A stretch of 64,000 nucleotides of DNA from an uncultured bacterium (GCA_938003875.1 CALKWO010000084.1:4128-68127); one strand, 5' to 3'. Shown: positions 17,864 through 27,507, counted from the stretch's first letter. The notes: generated by a model not told the origin, from the sequence alone. A program made the numbers and translations.

Positions 17864-19399
17864 TTATTTTTGGCGAATGCCATTTCTCTGCCAGAAATAA
17901 AGCACTATAATAAAACCCAGGAGTATAGCAGTGGCTGGTTCAGGAATCGCAGTTCCTATTCCACTTCCTAGCTTGATATAGTACTGGCCTTCATAGATCC
18001 AGCTATCGCCTATGGCTCTGTTTCCATCATCTCCAGGGAGCAGACCGCCGTAATATTTCCAGGGAGTTCCACCAACCAAGATGTCTATAGGATTCAGTCC
18101 TGCTTTTCCATTAGAATATAGTGTTGTCAGTGCATTTAGTTCTTCTGTGCTATAATCAAAATTCCAGACATTGTTGATCGTACTCGCTATGGTTTCGTAA
18201 GTTTCTACACTCACCTGATACAAGGATGCTATCTCGTTTGCATCCAAAGCTCTGTTCCATATAGCTGTATCATCCATAGCCCCCTGGAGAGTTTTGTCTG
18301 CTGTGGCCCATCCAAAGCTTATATAGCTTGTGTTTAGGAAGCTCATAGGTGCCTGTGCCTGGGATTGCAAGATACCATTTTTATATAATTTTGTAGTTGT
18401 CCCATCGAAAGTCGCAGTGATAAGAGACCATTCGTTAAGATTGAAAGAAGTAGCCAGATTGGCGATTTCCCCTGGCACAATATCATGCTGGATATAGGTA
18501 GGATCAATGAACAATCTCAAAGCATCACCACCAGGATTTTGTAACAGCATAAGCCCCTGCCTGTTTCCAGCACCCTGGATTTCAGGTTTGACCCAACAAG
18601 AAAGAGTATAGTTGTTCAAATTCAAAGAAGACGTATTGATCCCAATATAATCGTTGACTCCATCCAGATCTAAAGCATTGCCAAATTTTCCTGCAACTGT
18701 AGCATTGTATCCTGGGACAGGCTCATAACCGCTACCAAAATTAGCTACACCACTAGAATTATGATGGACAGCCGAGGTATAGCTCTCTCCATTGTAAATG
18801 TTTTTTCTGACATTTCCTGATCCATCTGTGATAGCTACATTTTTCAGATAAGCTGTTTTGGTTGAGGTATAGTCAACTTCACAGGCAATATCATAATACC
18901 CTATTGTCCTTCCTACATGACTTTCAGGCAAAGCAATTTTTCTGTGATACCATTGGTTTACAGCATAACTGGATAAATTACTAGCAGGGTGAGCACCTAC
19001 ACCATTCTGATCTTTTGTGGCACTACCATCATTCATGCGAGTATCTCGTAGTGTACCTCCATCCGTCAGAGTATAGTCAAAAGCAATCCTGTCGTCGTTG
19101 GATGTCCACATCACATCGTATTCAAGATAGCTCCCAGAAGTAATGGTATAGTCTGTTACACTGGTTAAATCCTGATATCCATAAGCATTACCACCAAAAT
19201 AGGTCATATTAAAAGACGCTTTTAGCCCTGTACCATCATACAAAATTCCTTGCCTTGAACCAGCAGAGTCAGAAAAATTTGGGCCGCTGATTTCATCGAA
19301 TTTCCAGAGTCCTATAGCAGAATTGTAGTCATCTGCAAAGGAAACAGAAGAAAGGACAATAAAAAAAATTAAAAAACTTATTTTTTTGTTTTTTAGCAT
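17864..19399 (-). CDS. Secreted LamG-domain protein with canonical PEP-CTERM sorting signal
   Basis: Signal peptide. LamG_3 signature (GKFGNALDLDGVNDYIGI…TATFDGTTTKLYKNG…MDDTAIWNRALDANEIASLY). C-terminal IPEPATAILLGFIIVLYFWQRNGIRQK. Confidence 0.8.
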   Translation of the reverse strand: MLKNKKISFLIFFIVLSSVSFADDYNSAIGLWKFDEISGPNFSDSAGSRQGILYDGTGLKASFNMTYFGGNAYGYQDLTSVTDYTITSGSYLEYDVMWTSNDDRIAFDYTLTDGGTLRDTRMNDGSATKDQNGVGAHPASNLSSYAVNQWYHRKIALPESHVGRTIGYYDIACEVDYTSTKTAYLKNVAITDGSGNVRKNIYNGESYTSAVHHNSSGVANFGSGYEPVPGYNATVAGKFGNALDLDGVNDYIGINTSSLNLNNYTLSCWVKPEIQGAGNRQGLMLLQNPGGDALRLFIDPTYIQHDIVPGEIANLATSFNLNEWSLITATFDGTTTKLYKNGILQSQAQAPMSFLNTSYISFGWATADKTLQGAMDDTAIWNRALDANEIASLYQVSVETYETIASTINNVWNFDYSTEELNALTTLYSNGKAGLNPIDILVGGTPWKYYGGLLPGDDGNRAIGDSWIYEGQYYIKLGSGIGTAIPEPATAILLGFIIVLYFWQRNGIRQK

Positions 19400-19468
19400 T
19401 TGTATCCCCCCTTTCTAGTTTAAGCTAGTTTTTTTTGACTGGTTGCCTAACTAATGAAATACTATGGA

Positions 19469-20092
19469 CTATTTATGTTCTAATTTTTGAAGTATCTTAA
19501 AGGCTATATCAGGATATTTTTCCTTTAAGCAGTCAGGGCATATTCCATGGCTGAATTCTGCTTTAGAATGGCTGCTTATATATTCGTCTACTTGTTGCCA
19601 GTAATTTTGATCATTACGAATTTTTTTACAAAAAGAGCAGATAGGTATTATACCTTGTAGCGTTTTAATATGAGCAGAGGCCTCTTCTAGTTCTCGGATT
19701 TTAGCTGTTAGTTTTGCTTGAAGTCCTAATGTATATATACCAACAGAAACGCGTGCTTGAAGTTCTTCCCTGTGATAGGGCTTTCCAATGTAATCATTGG
19801 CCCCGACAGCCAATCCTGCGACAATGTCTTCTTTGCTGTCTCTTGTAGTCAAAATAATGATATAAGGGGGGTCATTGGTTTCCAGAGAACGGATTTTACG
19901 GCACACTTCAATTCCATCCATTTGGGGCATAATCCAGTCTAAAATTGCCAGTTGAGGGTGATCGGGCTTTTGCATAATTTCCCATGCATCTAGCCCATTG
20001 CATACATCAATTACATCGTAGCCTTGTTTTTGGAGTATATTTTTGAGCATAAAGCGCGATGTAAAGTCATCTTCGGCTATCAAAATATGCAT
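19469..20092 (-). CDS. Response regulator: REC domain + coiled coil + C-terminal 4-Cys module
   Basis: MHILIAEDD…DVIDV…LAILDWIMPQMDG…KP is a REC domain. Tail is CSFCKKIRNDQNYWQQVDEYISSHSKAEFSHGICPDC. Start at ATG 20092 with AGGAG 8 nt upstream. Confidence 0.85.
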   Translation of the reverse strand: MHILIAEDDFTSRFMLKNILQKQGYDVIDVCNGLDAWEIMQKPDHPQLAILDWIMPQMDGIEVCRKIRSLETNDPPYIIILTTRDSKEDIVAGLAVGANDYIGKPYHREELQARVSVGIYTLGLQAKLTAKIRELEEASAHIKTLQGIIPICSFCKKIRNDQNYWQQVDEYISSHSKAEFSHGICPDCLKEKYPDIAFKILQKLEHK

Positions 20093-20188
20093 TTTAAAAC
20101 TCCTAAGCACTTGAAGATAAATCCTTTTTCCATTATTATATAAAATTGTTAAAAAATCAATAGAATTTTATTCCAATTCCAGGGCAAC

Positions 20189-21694
20189 CTATCCCCATCT
20201 ACTTGCTTTATACTGGGCTTTTTTTCCTTCCAATACGAGAGATATAAAATTGGCAGGAATTTCTGAGCTGGAAAGAATGTGCTTGCAGACTCTTTCTAAA
20301 TCAGGCCCAACAGCAGGGTTAATGGACTGGATTTTATCGCTTAAAACAGATGGAGAATAACCAAAGATTAAAACCGATGGATCTTCATAGCGAGGATTCT
20401 TTAAGAGTTTAAGCAAATTGAGAAGCCTGGAAAGAGAAGATTCCTGGGACTGCAATAGGCTATGAATCTCACCTTTTAGCTCCTTAGCGATACCATGGCG
20501 AACAATAGAAAGTGCCTTCTGGCTTAGAGCAGGAGAGAAGATGTTAAGGCTTGTTGCAAAAGAAGAGAATGCAACCTTTTCTCCTGGCTCAATGTATGTA
20601 CGAATCAGAGTTAAAAGCTTATTAGCAGTAGAAGACGTTTCCTGAGTATTTTTTAATTTCTCCAATTTTTGCAACAGCTCAGGCAGAGTGTTCAATCGCA
20701 ATATTTCTTTACAGATTTTAGCATCTACTTCGCTTGTCAAAAGCAAGCGGGAAAGCTTTTCCTTTATATTGACCTCTCCATAAGTTCCTAAAAATTGATT
20801 CAGGATCGCAATCAGTCTGTCTGGCTTACTCTGATATAATTTTTGTATATTCTTAAGATCAGAAATGATTTTCAGAGAGGGATATTTTTTTAATATTGTA
20901 GTACTTTTTAAAGTATATTTATCCAGCAAAGATGTCAGCTCTTCGCAATTTTTCATGGAAAGAATCTGCTTGCGAAAATTTTCACTTTGCTCCATGAGCC
21001 TGTTTTCTGTTTCCTGATGCAGATAATCCCATATTTTCTTATTGATTTTTTTCCCTGAAGTAAGCAAAGACAAACGATCCAGAGTGTGGCAAAAAGAGCG
21101 ATAGCCCTGGTTGATGATGTTGATTAAAATGCTTTCTTCTGTTAAAAGCTTAGTCCTTACAATCAAGGCATTCTTGAGCTGGTTTATGGCCAGGCGATTT
21201 TGCCCTGTTATGTCTTTTCTGGCCAAATAAGAATTGAGGATCTTCAATAGATCTCCAGCTTTTATTTTTTCTAATTCTTTTTCTTTCAAGGAAGTAGGCC
21301 ATTCTATTACAGAAGGTGTACTGTGCAAAGAAACAAGGGTCTGCGTTCTTACTGCTTCTAACTCATAGTCCTCTAAAGGCAAGGCAGTAGACAAGATAGT
21401 TTGTGCTTTTTTTTGGGAGAGTTTCATGCTCCATCTTTGGACTATGCTAAGCCTGGGCTTGGAGGAAAACAATGTATTTTCTCCCTTTTCTTCCAACACC
21501 TGATGCAATTCATGAGAAAGAGAATCTTTCTTTCGACTTGCCATGATAGTTTCATCTTCTTGCACTTTTTTCTTTATAGGAGAGCTGGCAACAAGCGTTT
21601 CGTCTTCTTCTATTTTGGGGGGCTTTCCCTTGGGGCTGCTCCCAACAATCGTATCGTCTTCCTTTTTCTGCTTAAACCATTTCAATGGTACCAT
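20189..21694 (-). CDS. Hypothetical protein, mostly helical, with a triple acidic N-terminal motif
   Basis: Long ORF with codon usage like its neighbours. N-terminus repeats EDDTIVGSSPK / EDETLVASSPIKK / EDETIMASRKK. No family recognised. Confidence 0.6.
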   Translation of the reverse strand: MVPLKWFKQKKEDDTIVGSSPKGKPPKIEEDETLVASSPIKKKVQEDETIMASRKKDSLSHELHQVLEEKGENTLFSSKPRLSIVQRWSMKLSQKKAQTILSTALPLEDYELEAVRTQTLVSLHSTPSVIEWPTSLKEKELEKIKAGDLLKILNSYLARKDITGQNRLAINQLKNALIVRTKLLTEESILINIINQGYRSFCHTLDRLSLLTSGKKINKKIWDYLHQETENRLMEQSENFRKQILSMKNCEELTSLLDKYTLKSTTILKKYPSLKIISDLKNIQKLYQSKPDRLIAILNQFLGTYGEVNIKEKLSRLLLTSEVDAKICKEILRLNTLPELLQKLEKLKNTQETSSTANKLLTLIRTYIEPGEKVAFSSFATSLNIFSPALSQKALSIVRHGIAKELKGEIHSLLQSQESSLSRLLNLLKLLKNPRYEDPSVLIFGYSPSVLSDKIQSINPAVGPDLERVCKHILSSSEIPANFISLVLEGKKAQYKASRWG

Positions 21695-21756
21695 ATACTC
21701 CCTTTCAAGATATAGAGATTTTCTAACTAAAAGCCCCTTCTAATATTCGGATATGC

Positions 21757-22254
21757 TTATTTATACTGCGAAGCTTTGGGCCCCAGGACTTTCCATGCTT
21801 CATTCATGTACTCTGTAAGTGCTTTAGCCTGGGTCTCTGTATAGAGGTTTTCTCTGTTTCCGACTCCAGCAACCGCTACAATTTTATTGCCATCAAAAAC
21901 AGGAATATTCATGTGCCTTTTTACATCTACATGCCCTGGAGGATAGCCCTTTTTGGTTGGTTTGGAAAGAGCTTTGTAATCATTTGTGATAACAGGCTTT
22001 CTTTCTCTTACTGCATCACCCCAAAGTCCTGTGTCTTCCAGGATATAGACAATCGGTTTTACAATCAGTTGGCAGGTTGCCATAGCAGATTTAGACCATC
22101 CGATCATAGTCAGGACATCTTCATCCTCGTTCATCACTGCAAAATATGACAGCTTACTCTCTGTTATTTTACAGGCATCTTCGAGTATTGTATCCAAAAT
22201 TTCCTGTATTGGTAAATTTTGCTTTTTTTTCAAATTTTCTAATAAAGGATTCAT
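21757..22254 (-). CDS. Stand-alone GAF-domain protein
   Basis: 165 aa with …[21 protein letters not shown]…[19 protein letters not shown]…[20 protein letters not shown]…VAVAGVGN…, a GAF_2-like pattern. ATGA overlap with the upstream gene. Confidence 0.7.
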   Translation of the reverse strand: MNPLLENLKKKQNLPIQEILDTILEDACKITESKLSYFAVMNEDEDVLTMIGWSKSAMATCQLIVKPIVYILEDTGLWGDAVRERKPVITNDYKALSKPTKKGYPPGHVDVKRHMNIPVFDGNKIVAVAGVGNRENLYTETQAKALTEYMNEAWKVLGPKASQYK

Positions 22255-23225
22255 GTATGTTGCTCTCCTATTTTCTTTTTTAGTTCGTCTAGCTTTTCAT
22301 CTGTTATAAAAATATTTTTTTCTATTCGGTTCGTAAATTTATTCAGAGTCACAAAATAATTCTTGATAACATCCGAAGAATTTTTCACTTCTTTATATTT
22401 TTCTGTACTCTCTTTTGCTGAATTTTTAATTTCTATAGAGGAAGTAGCAATGCTCTGGATTTTTTCTTTCTGAGCTTGTGATATTTTTTGCATCTTCTCC
22501 AGGTCAGAAGAAAGCCTGCAAGACTCTTCGGCTATAGAAGAAAAAATTTGCAGGGATTTGCTAAGATAGTCTGAGGATTCCTGTATTTCTTTAATCCCGT
22601 TGCTGATGTATTCCTGAGCACTCTTTGCCTCTTTATTCGCTATCTGTGAAAGAGACTTAATTTCTCTTGCAACTACACCAAATCCAGCCCCTGCATTCCC
22701 TGCTCTTGCTGCCTCGATAGAGGCATTCAAAGAAAGCATATTGGTCTGCTCTGCTACATCATTGATGACTCTTACAAAATTTTTAAAGAACTGGACTCTT
22801 TCTCTTAGATTTTTCATTATCTTAGAAATGTGTTCTACTGCTTCCATTCCATTTTGAGAAAAATGAGAAAGATGACGCGCTCTTTGGTTAGATTCTTCTA
22901 TACTATGAAAAACTTCCTGGGAGATTCCCTGCATCTCATCTGTAATCTCCGTCATCAACGTTGTTTTTGCCATATTATCATCCAGAACATGGCTTATATT
23001 TTCATTGCAATGAAGAAGACGGATGATGAAATCATCAATATCAGAGGCGATTTTTTTATAATACGACATATCGGCTCTGATTTTTTTCAAAACAACAGCC
23101 TGTTCTTCTAGGGAAGCGATCATCCACGTATTGTCAGAGAGTCTTTCTTCTTGACAATTCTTCTTTTTGACTAGATTAGAAAAAAAATGTGATAATTTTT
23201 TATAAATTCTTTCTAATATTATCAT
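22251..23225 (-). CDS. Soluble methyl-accepting-chemotaxis-protein signalling-domain protein (no TM, no sensor domain recognised)
   Basis: Highly conserved MCP tip [35 protein letters not shown] flanked by heptad-rich helices. TAATG overlap with the upstream ORF. Confidence 0.85.
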   Translation of the reverse strand: MIILERIYKKLSHFFSNLVKKKNCQEERLSDNTWMIASLEEQAVVLKKIRADMSYYKKIASDIDDFIIRLLHCNENISHVLDDNMAKTTLMTEITDEMQGISQEVFHSIEESNQRARHLSHFSQNGMEAVEHISKIMKNLRERVQFFKNFVRVINDVAEQTNMLSLNASIEAARAGNAGAGFGVVAREIKSLSQIANKEAKSAQEYISNGIKEIQESSDYLSKSLQIFSSIAEESCRLSSDLEKMQKISQAQKEKIQSIATSSIEIKNSAKESTEKYKEVKNSSDVIKNYFVTLNKFTNRIEKNIFITDEKLDELKKKIGEQHT

Positions 23226-23518
23226 TAAGCAGGTTTATCCTTTTTAAAAATGCTTTTCAGAAACTCTAAAAAAGCATGGAGTTTTTCCAACAATTCTATA
23301 TCATATCCTTTAGCAACAACATCCTTGATTTCTACTTTTTTAGCTATGTTGGCTTTTTTTTCTTCTTCTGTTTCTTCCTGAAACTGAGGGAATTTTGTCT
23401 GGATGTTGAATTTATCGGTTTTTTTGAATTTATGTAGTGGAGATGCTACCTTGCAGCGCAGCCTTTGTAAAAATTCCTCTACATTTTCAGATATATTGTC
23501 TTTATGATTTTCTTCCAT
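23225..23518 (-). CDS. Small charged hypothetical protein (97 aa)
   Basis: Start placed at MEENHKD (ATG 23518), which forms a TAATG overlap with the TPR gene stop. The ORF track's longer form would overlap the TPR gene by 58 nt. No family recognised. Confidence 0.5.
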   Translation of the reverse strand: MEENHKDNISENVEEFLQRLRCKVASPLHKFKKTDKFNIQTKFPQFQEETEEEKKANIAKKVEIKDVVAKGYDIELLEKLHAFLEFLKSIFKKDKPA

Positions 23519-25149
23519 TATTTTCCATCCTTGTTTTCTGATAACGGCTGAGTTTTTTGCCATAGTTCTTTCCATTTTTTTTCCAGTTTTTCATAGTGTT
23601 CATCAAAATTTTTTTTCCGTTTAAAATAGAGAAGCGAATAGAATAAAGCAGCTTGTTTATCCTGGTATTCTAAAAGCTCCTTCAAAAGGCTTTCTATTGT
23701 TTCCGAAGGGGCAATACCATCCTGGAAGATCGCTTCATAAACAAGTGTTTCAAGATGAGGAACTTGTTGCTTTATAAAAATATCTTTTGCCTGTTGGTTG
23801 AATACTATCGCTTCTTTTGTTTTTCCTGAGGAAAAAAGATCCATTGCACAGCATAGCTTCATATAGCTTTGTAAATATTCAGGCACGACCAGCTCTATTT
23901 GTTGTGCAATTCCTTCTGTTTTACCATCCAGAAGCGATTTCATGATTTCCGATTCTCTGGAGGTACCCATTTCTTGAGATTTTTCTATATAAAAGCGGGA
24001 TTGGGAAGTATTCTCCAAAAGGAAATAGAAAATCCCTAATGCAAGGCTGGATGAAGGAAAATCTGGCCAGTTTTCCAGGGATTTCAACCATAGATTCACA
24101 GCTTCAACAGGATTTTTCCTCTGCATTTCACACCAACCCTGGCAAACCATCGTTTCAGCAAGATAGCTTTTTTGCGATTTATCATAATTTTCTTTTGCAT
24201 CCTGGTATTTATAGTCTGCCATAGCCATTCGGGCTTGATGTGCGTAAGCTTGATGCAAAGGTGGATAAAGAACAAGAGCGATTTTGGCTCTCTCTCTTTG
24301 CTCTTCTGGACTTCCCAGCATAGCATAAGAAGAAAAATATTCTTTTGACAAAGATATCTTGTCTGTTAAAGAAAGCATTTGTGCAAGTATGTCCGTGACT
24401 TTTAGGTTATGGGTACTCAGCAGCTTTTTTGCTGTATTTAAAAAAGAAGCTTCTTCTTTTCCTAGTGCTTGCTGTATTTCTTTTCTTTCGATTCCCAGAT
24501 CTTGCTGGAATTGCCATACCATAAGCAGGGATTCGCTATTTCCTTCTTGCAAAGAACCCAACAATGCTTTTTTTATAGGATTGAGGGATGTCTGATTTTT
24601 TTTGGCAAAGCGAATGGTGTTCCTGATGATGCTTTCCGCTTCCTCGCCTTTTTTTTCTTTTAGAGAAACTATCGTTTTGTCGATATTTTCTCTATATTGC
24701 ATCAATCTTTCAATTTGTTGAACAAAATTCTGGCAATGAGCAAAATAAATTTTTAGCATCTCTTCTGACCATGCTTCTTTTTGACCTATTTCCAGGAGCC
24801 TTTTTACTTCTTCTGATTCCCCTTGAGAAATCAATTGATCCATTCTCGTAAGATAGATCGCCATTCGATATCGGATTTCCAGGAAACTGGTATTCTTGTG
24901 TTCTGCAATGTCCAGGGCTTTTTTATATGCTATTCTGGCTTCTTTATAGTTTCTATTCGCAAAAAGGCTTTCTCCTAAAAGAACACTTTCTTGGAACTGG
25001 GGCTTTAAAACAGAACCAGAAAGTATAAAAGGGGAAACCGATGCAAAAGAAATAAAAATGGAAAATAGAGAAACGAAAAGGACTTTAGGCCAATTTGTAT
25101 TTTTTTTTTGACTTTCGCCATTAGAAAAAGAAGTTACTTCTTGTTGCAT
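23518..25149 (-). CDS. Membrane-anchored TPR-repeat protein
   Basis: N-terminal TM helix (WPKVLFVSLFSIFISFASV), then multiple TPR-like A/Y/L patterns (…YKEARIAYKKALDI…, …YQDAKENYDKSQKS…, …ALGIFYFLLENTSQSRFYIEKSQEM…). Confidence 0.7.
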   Translation of the reverse strand: MQQEVTSFSNGESQKKNTNWPKVLFVSLFSIFISFASVSPFILSGSVLKPQFQESVLLGESLFANRNYKEARIAYKKALDIAEHKNTSFLEIRYRMAIYLTRMDQLISQGESEEVKRLLEIGQKEAWSEEMLKIYFAHCQNFVQQIERLMQYRENIDKTIVSLKEKKGEEAESIIRNTIRFAKKNQTSLNPIKKALLGSLQEGNSESLLMVWQFQQDLGIERKEIQQALGKEEASFLNTAKKLLSTHNLKVTDILAQMLSLTDKISLSKEYFSSYAMLGSPEEQRERAKIALVLYPPLHQAYAHQARMAMADYKYQDAKENYDKSQKSYLAETMVCQGWCEMQRKNPVEAVNLWLKSLENWPDFPSSSLALGIFYFLLENTSQSRFYIEKSQEMGTSRESEIMKSLLDGKTEGIAQQIELVVPEYLQSYMKLCCAMDLFSSGKTKEAIVFNQQAKDIFIKQQVPHLETLVYEAIFQDGIAPSETIESLLKELLEYQDKQAALFYSLLYFKRKKNFDEHYEKLEKKWKELWQKTQPLSENKDGK

Positions 25150-25161
25150 ACTTTTGCTCTC

Positions 25162-27453
25162 TTAAAATCTCAGGCTAACACCTAAGATAGCTCCAATATT
25201 GAAAATTTCCAGCTTACTATTTTCATAGGCTTGATGAACAAGGTTCGAATCGCCTGAGTGCATCCTGGCTGGTAAAGAAAATTCCAGAGCAGCGTTGAGA
25301 GAAAGATAGCGATTGACCAGATAGCTTGTCCCTAAAGTAATATGATGCTCTGTAATGGCAGCCAGTTGAGGGTTGAGATACTTTTTCGGAACAGGATTGT
25401 TTCCGTAATTGTAGCCTGTTCTCCATATCCAATGAGGACTGCTTTGCCATACAAGGCCCAGTGCAATAACATATTGGTCTTTCCAGCCTATCTTAAAACT
25501 AGGATTCACATCTGCCGAACCGACCAGAGCATTCAAGTCAGCGTTAGATCCACTTTTCAGCTTTGCTTTCAGTTCAAACTGCGTTTCAGAGTAGTTGATC
25601 CATTGAAAGTCCATTGCAAAAAGAAGGCTATCCGTGAAAAGCCAGCTAAACCCAACACCTAGCCTCTGGGGAATATCGAAATCCAGCTCTACATCGTATT
25701 TTCCAGAGAAACCATATTGTCCCTTATTGGGTAAAACGATTTTAGCGATATTCGCTACCCCAATTTTTTCAAAATGGCGGTTAAAATCCAACTTTGCTGT
25801 TCCTTTAGCATCCATCATCCAACCAGGAGGGCTGTACATGGCTCCGATTTGGAAACGATTGTGAATTTTCCAGAGAAAACCAATTCTGCCTCCTATGCCA
25901 AACGCCAGAAGATAGTTTGTGTCTATTTCACCTCTGACATTGTTTTCTCCGACTATGCCAATGAGATAGTCCCCAAAGGTAATGTCTGTGTCTTCAATGG
26001 GTTTGCCTTTTAAAATATTGGATTCCTGGGAAACCAGACCATCCAGTTCCAGTGTCATAAAATGAAAATTCAACGAAACACCAATGCTGAAGTGGTCATT
26101 GAAACGATAGGCGATACCAGGGACAAGAGATGCCAGGATTAAATCCGTACGATTTTCAATTCCTTCTGGAAAAAGTTCAGGATCTACGACTTCCATAGAA
26201 TACCTGGCCCCTGCCTGGGGAAAAACGCCTAGTCCCCATTTCCATCCTGAAGGACGGTCTGCATTTCTAGCCTGGTGGTCTGCCCATCGATGGCAAACAG
26301 GAATGTCTTTATGACCTGCTTCACGATAGGCACTCAGATGCCTTGCTGTCTGGATATCTTTTCCCTGAGATACAAGAGATACTTCTAATTTTTTAGAGCT
26401 TTCCAGTCTATAGTCGTAATATACACTGATACTTTCCCATTCTCCGCCATGCGCAGAATCTGTTAAAGATAAAGGGATTATCAATCTGTCTTGTTCCAGC
26501 TTGTATTCTTTTGGATCAGAAAAAATAAGCCTGGAAGCCTGTCTGGCTAGATTAGCAACAGAAGAAAGCTCTTGCCAAAAATATTTTTCCTCTACTTTAT
26601 AGCCTGATTTTACCCGAATGTTTCTGATCTGTAAAGGAGCATTTTCTGTAAGACAGAAAAAGTGTACATTTGTGGGAATGCTTGCTTTATCCCAGACTAA
26701 AGCAAGATAACCATCCTGCCAGCTTTCCAGCTTTCTTTTTAAAATCAGTACCTCCTGTTTGTCTTCGGCTGACAGAGCGACCTGGGCCTGCTCATATTCA
26801 GGAGAAATTTTCCATTGAAATGAAACCTGGATGCTCCTCACCCTTGCATTTTGAGGCAAAGAAGGGTGGCTATTGCACGAGAAAAAAGTTTTCTGATCGT
26901 TTTGGGCAGAGGGCATACTGGCATAAACCCGAATCCCCGAAAGAACAGAACCTCTGCCTTGCAATTCCAGAGAAAGGCCAGGTATGTTTTTGGGGAGGTT
27001 ACACTCCAGAACGCCTTGTCCTTTACTAGCGGAATGCTGATTCACAGGAAAAGGCTGACCACCCGAAAAGTATACATACTCTGTCTGTAGTGGCTCTCCT
27101 CCAAAAGCATATACAAAAGGGTCGCTGATGGCTTGCCCTGCCTGCGATGGAAAATCGAAAACAGTGGCGAAGGTTGCTATGGGTACTGGTTCAAAATCAG
27201 AATCAGCGTCGTTACTATCATTGGAGAAAGTAATTGTAGGGAAAAAAAATCCTGTGGAGAATTCTGTTGCCTTACCATGCAAAAAGCCAATTCCAGCAGG
27301 ATTTGTGTTTAAACAGGTTGGATCGCTCGCTATTCCTATGTCTACACCGCCACGCCCTGCTCCTTGTGCGCCCATAAAAGTCGGAAACATACCATTTGTA
27401 GCATAAAGACTAAAGGAAAAACAAAAAAGGAGCAAAAAACAAATACGATACAT
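25162..27453 (-). CDS. Outer-membrane beta-barrel of the FadL/OmpP1/TodX type with a large inserted domain
   Basis: Signal peptide. N-terminal GMFPTFMGAQGAGRGGVDIGIASDPTCLNTNPAGIGFL. Alternating beta-strand pattern with terminal …GAILGVSLRF. About 280 aa of non-barrel sequence at roughly aa 125-405. Confidence 0.65.
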   Translation of the reverse strand: MYRICFLLLFCFSFSLYATNGMFPTFMGAQGAGRGGVDIGIASDPTCLNTNPAGIGFLHGKATEFSTGFFFPTITFSNDSNDADSDFEPVPIATFATVFDFPSQAGQAISDPFVYAFGGEPLQTEYVYFSGGQPFPVNQHSASKGQGVLECNLPKNIPGLSLELQGRGSVLSGIRVYASMPSAQNDQKTFFSCNSHPSLPQNARVRSIQVSFQWKISPEYEQAQVALSAEDKQEVLILKRKLESWQDGYLALVWDKASIPTNVHFFCLTENAPLQIRNIRVKSGYKVEEKYFWQELSSVANLARQASRLIFSDPKEYKLEQDRLIIPLSLTDSAHGGEWESISVYYDYRLESSKKLEVSLVSQGKDIQTARHLSAYREAGHKDIPVCHRWADHQARNADRPSGWKWGLGVFPQAGARYSMEVVDPELFPEGIENRTDLILASLVPGIAYRFNDHFSIGVSLNFHFMTLELDGLVSQESNILKGKPIEDTDITFGDYLIGIVGENNVRGEIDTNYLLAFGIGGRIGFLWKIHNRFQIGAMYSPPGWMMDAKGTAKLDFNRHFEKIGVANIAKIVLPNKGQYGFSGKYDVELDFDIPQRLGVGFSWLFTDSLLFAMDFQWINYSETQFELKAKLKSGSNADLNALVGSADVNPSFKIGWKDQYVIALGLVWQSSPHWIWRTGYNYGNNPVPKKYLNPQLAAITEHHITLGTSYLVNRYLSLNAALEFSLPARMHSGDSNLVHQAYENSKLEIFNIGAILGVSLRF

Positions 27454-27507
27454 TATCAGCCTCTTTCTGAAATTATTGTTTCTTTCATAATTTTTTTTCG
27501 TGAATCA

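Noticed and set aside
17845-17883. Upstream extension of the 261-aa LamG ORF (MAFAKNKEKGIFF…)
   Set aside because: It would overlap the preceding gene by 20 nt. The ATG at 17844 has an AAAGGA RBS and starts a proper signal peptide.
23519-23575. Longer 116-aa form of the small ORF (start at 23575)
   Set aside because: It would overlap the TPR gene by 58 nt. The internal ATG at 23518 gives a TAATG stop-start junction identical to the next junction in the operon.
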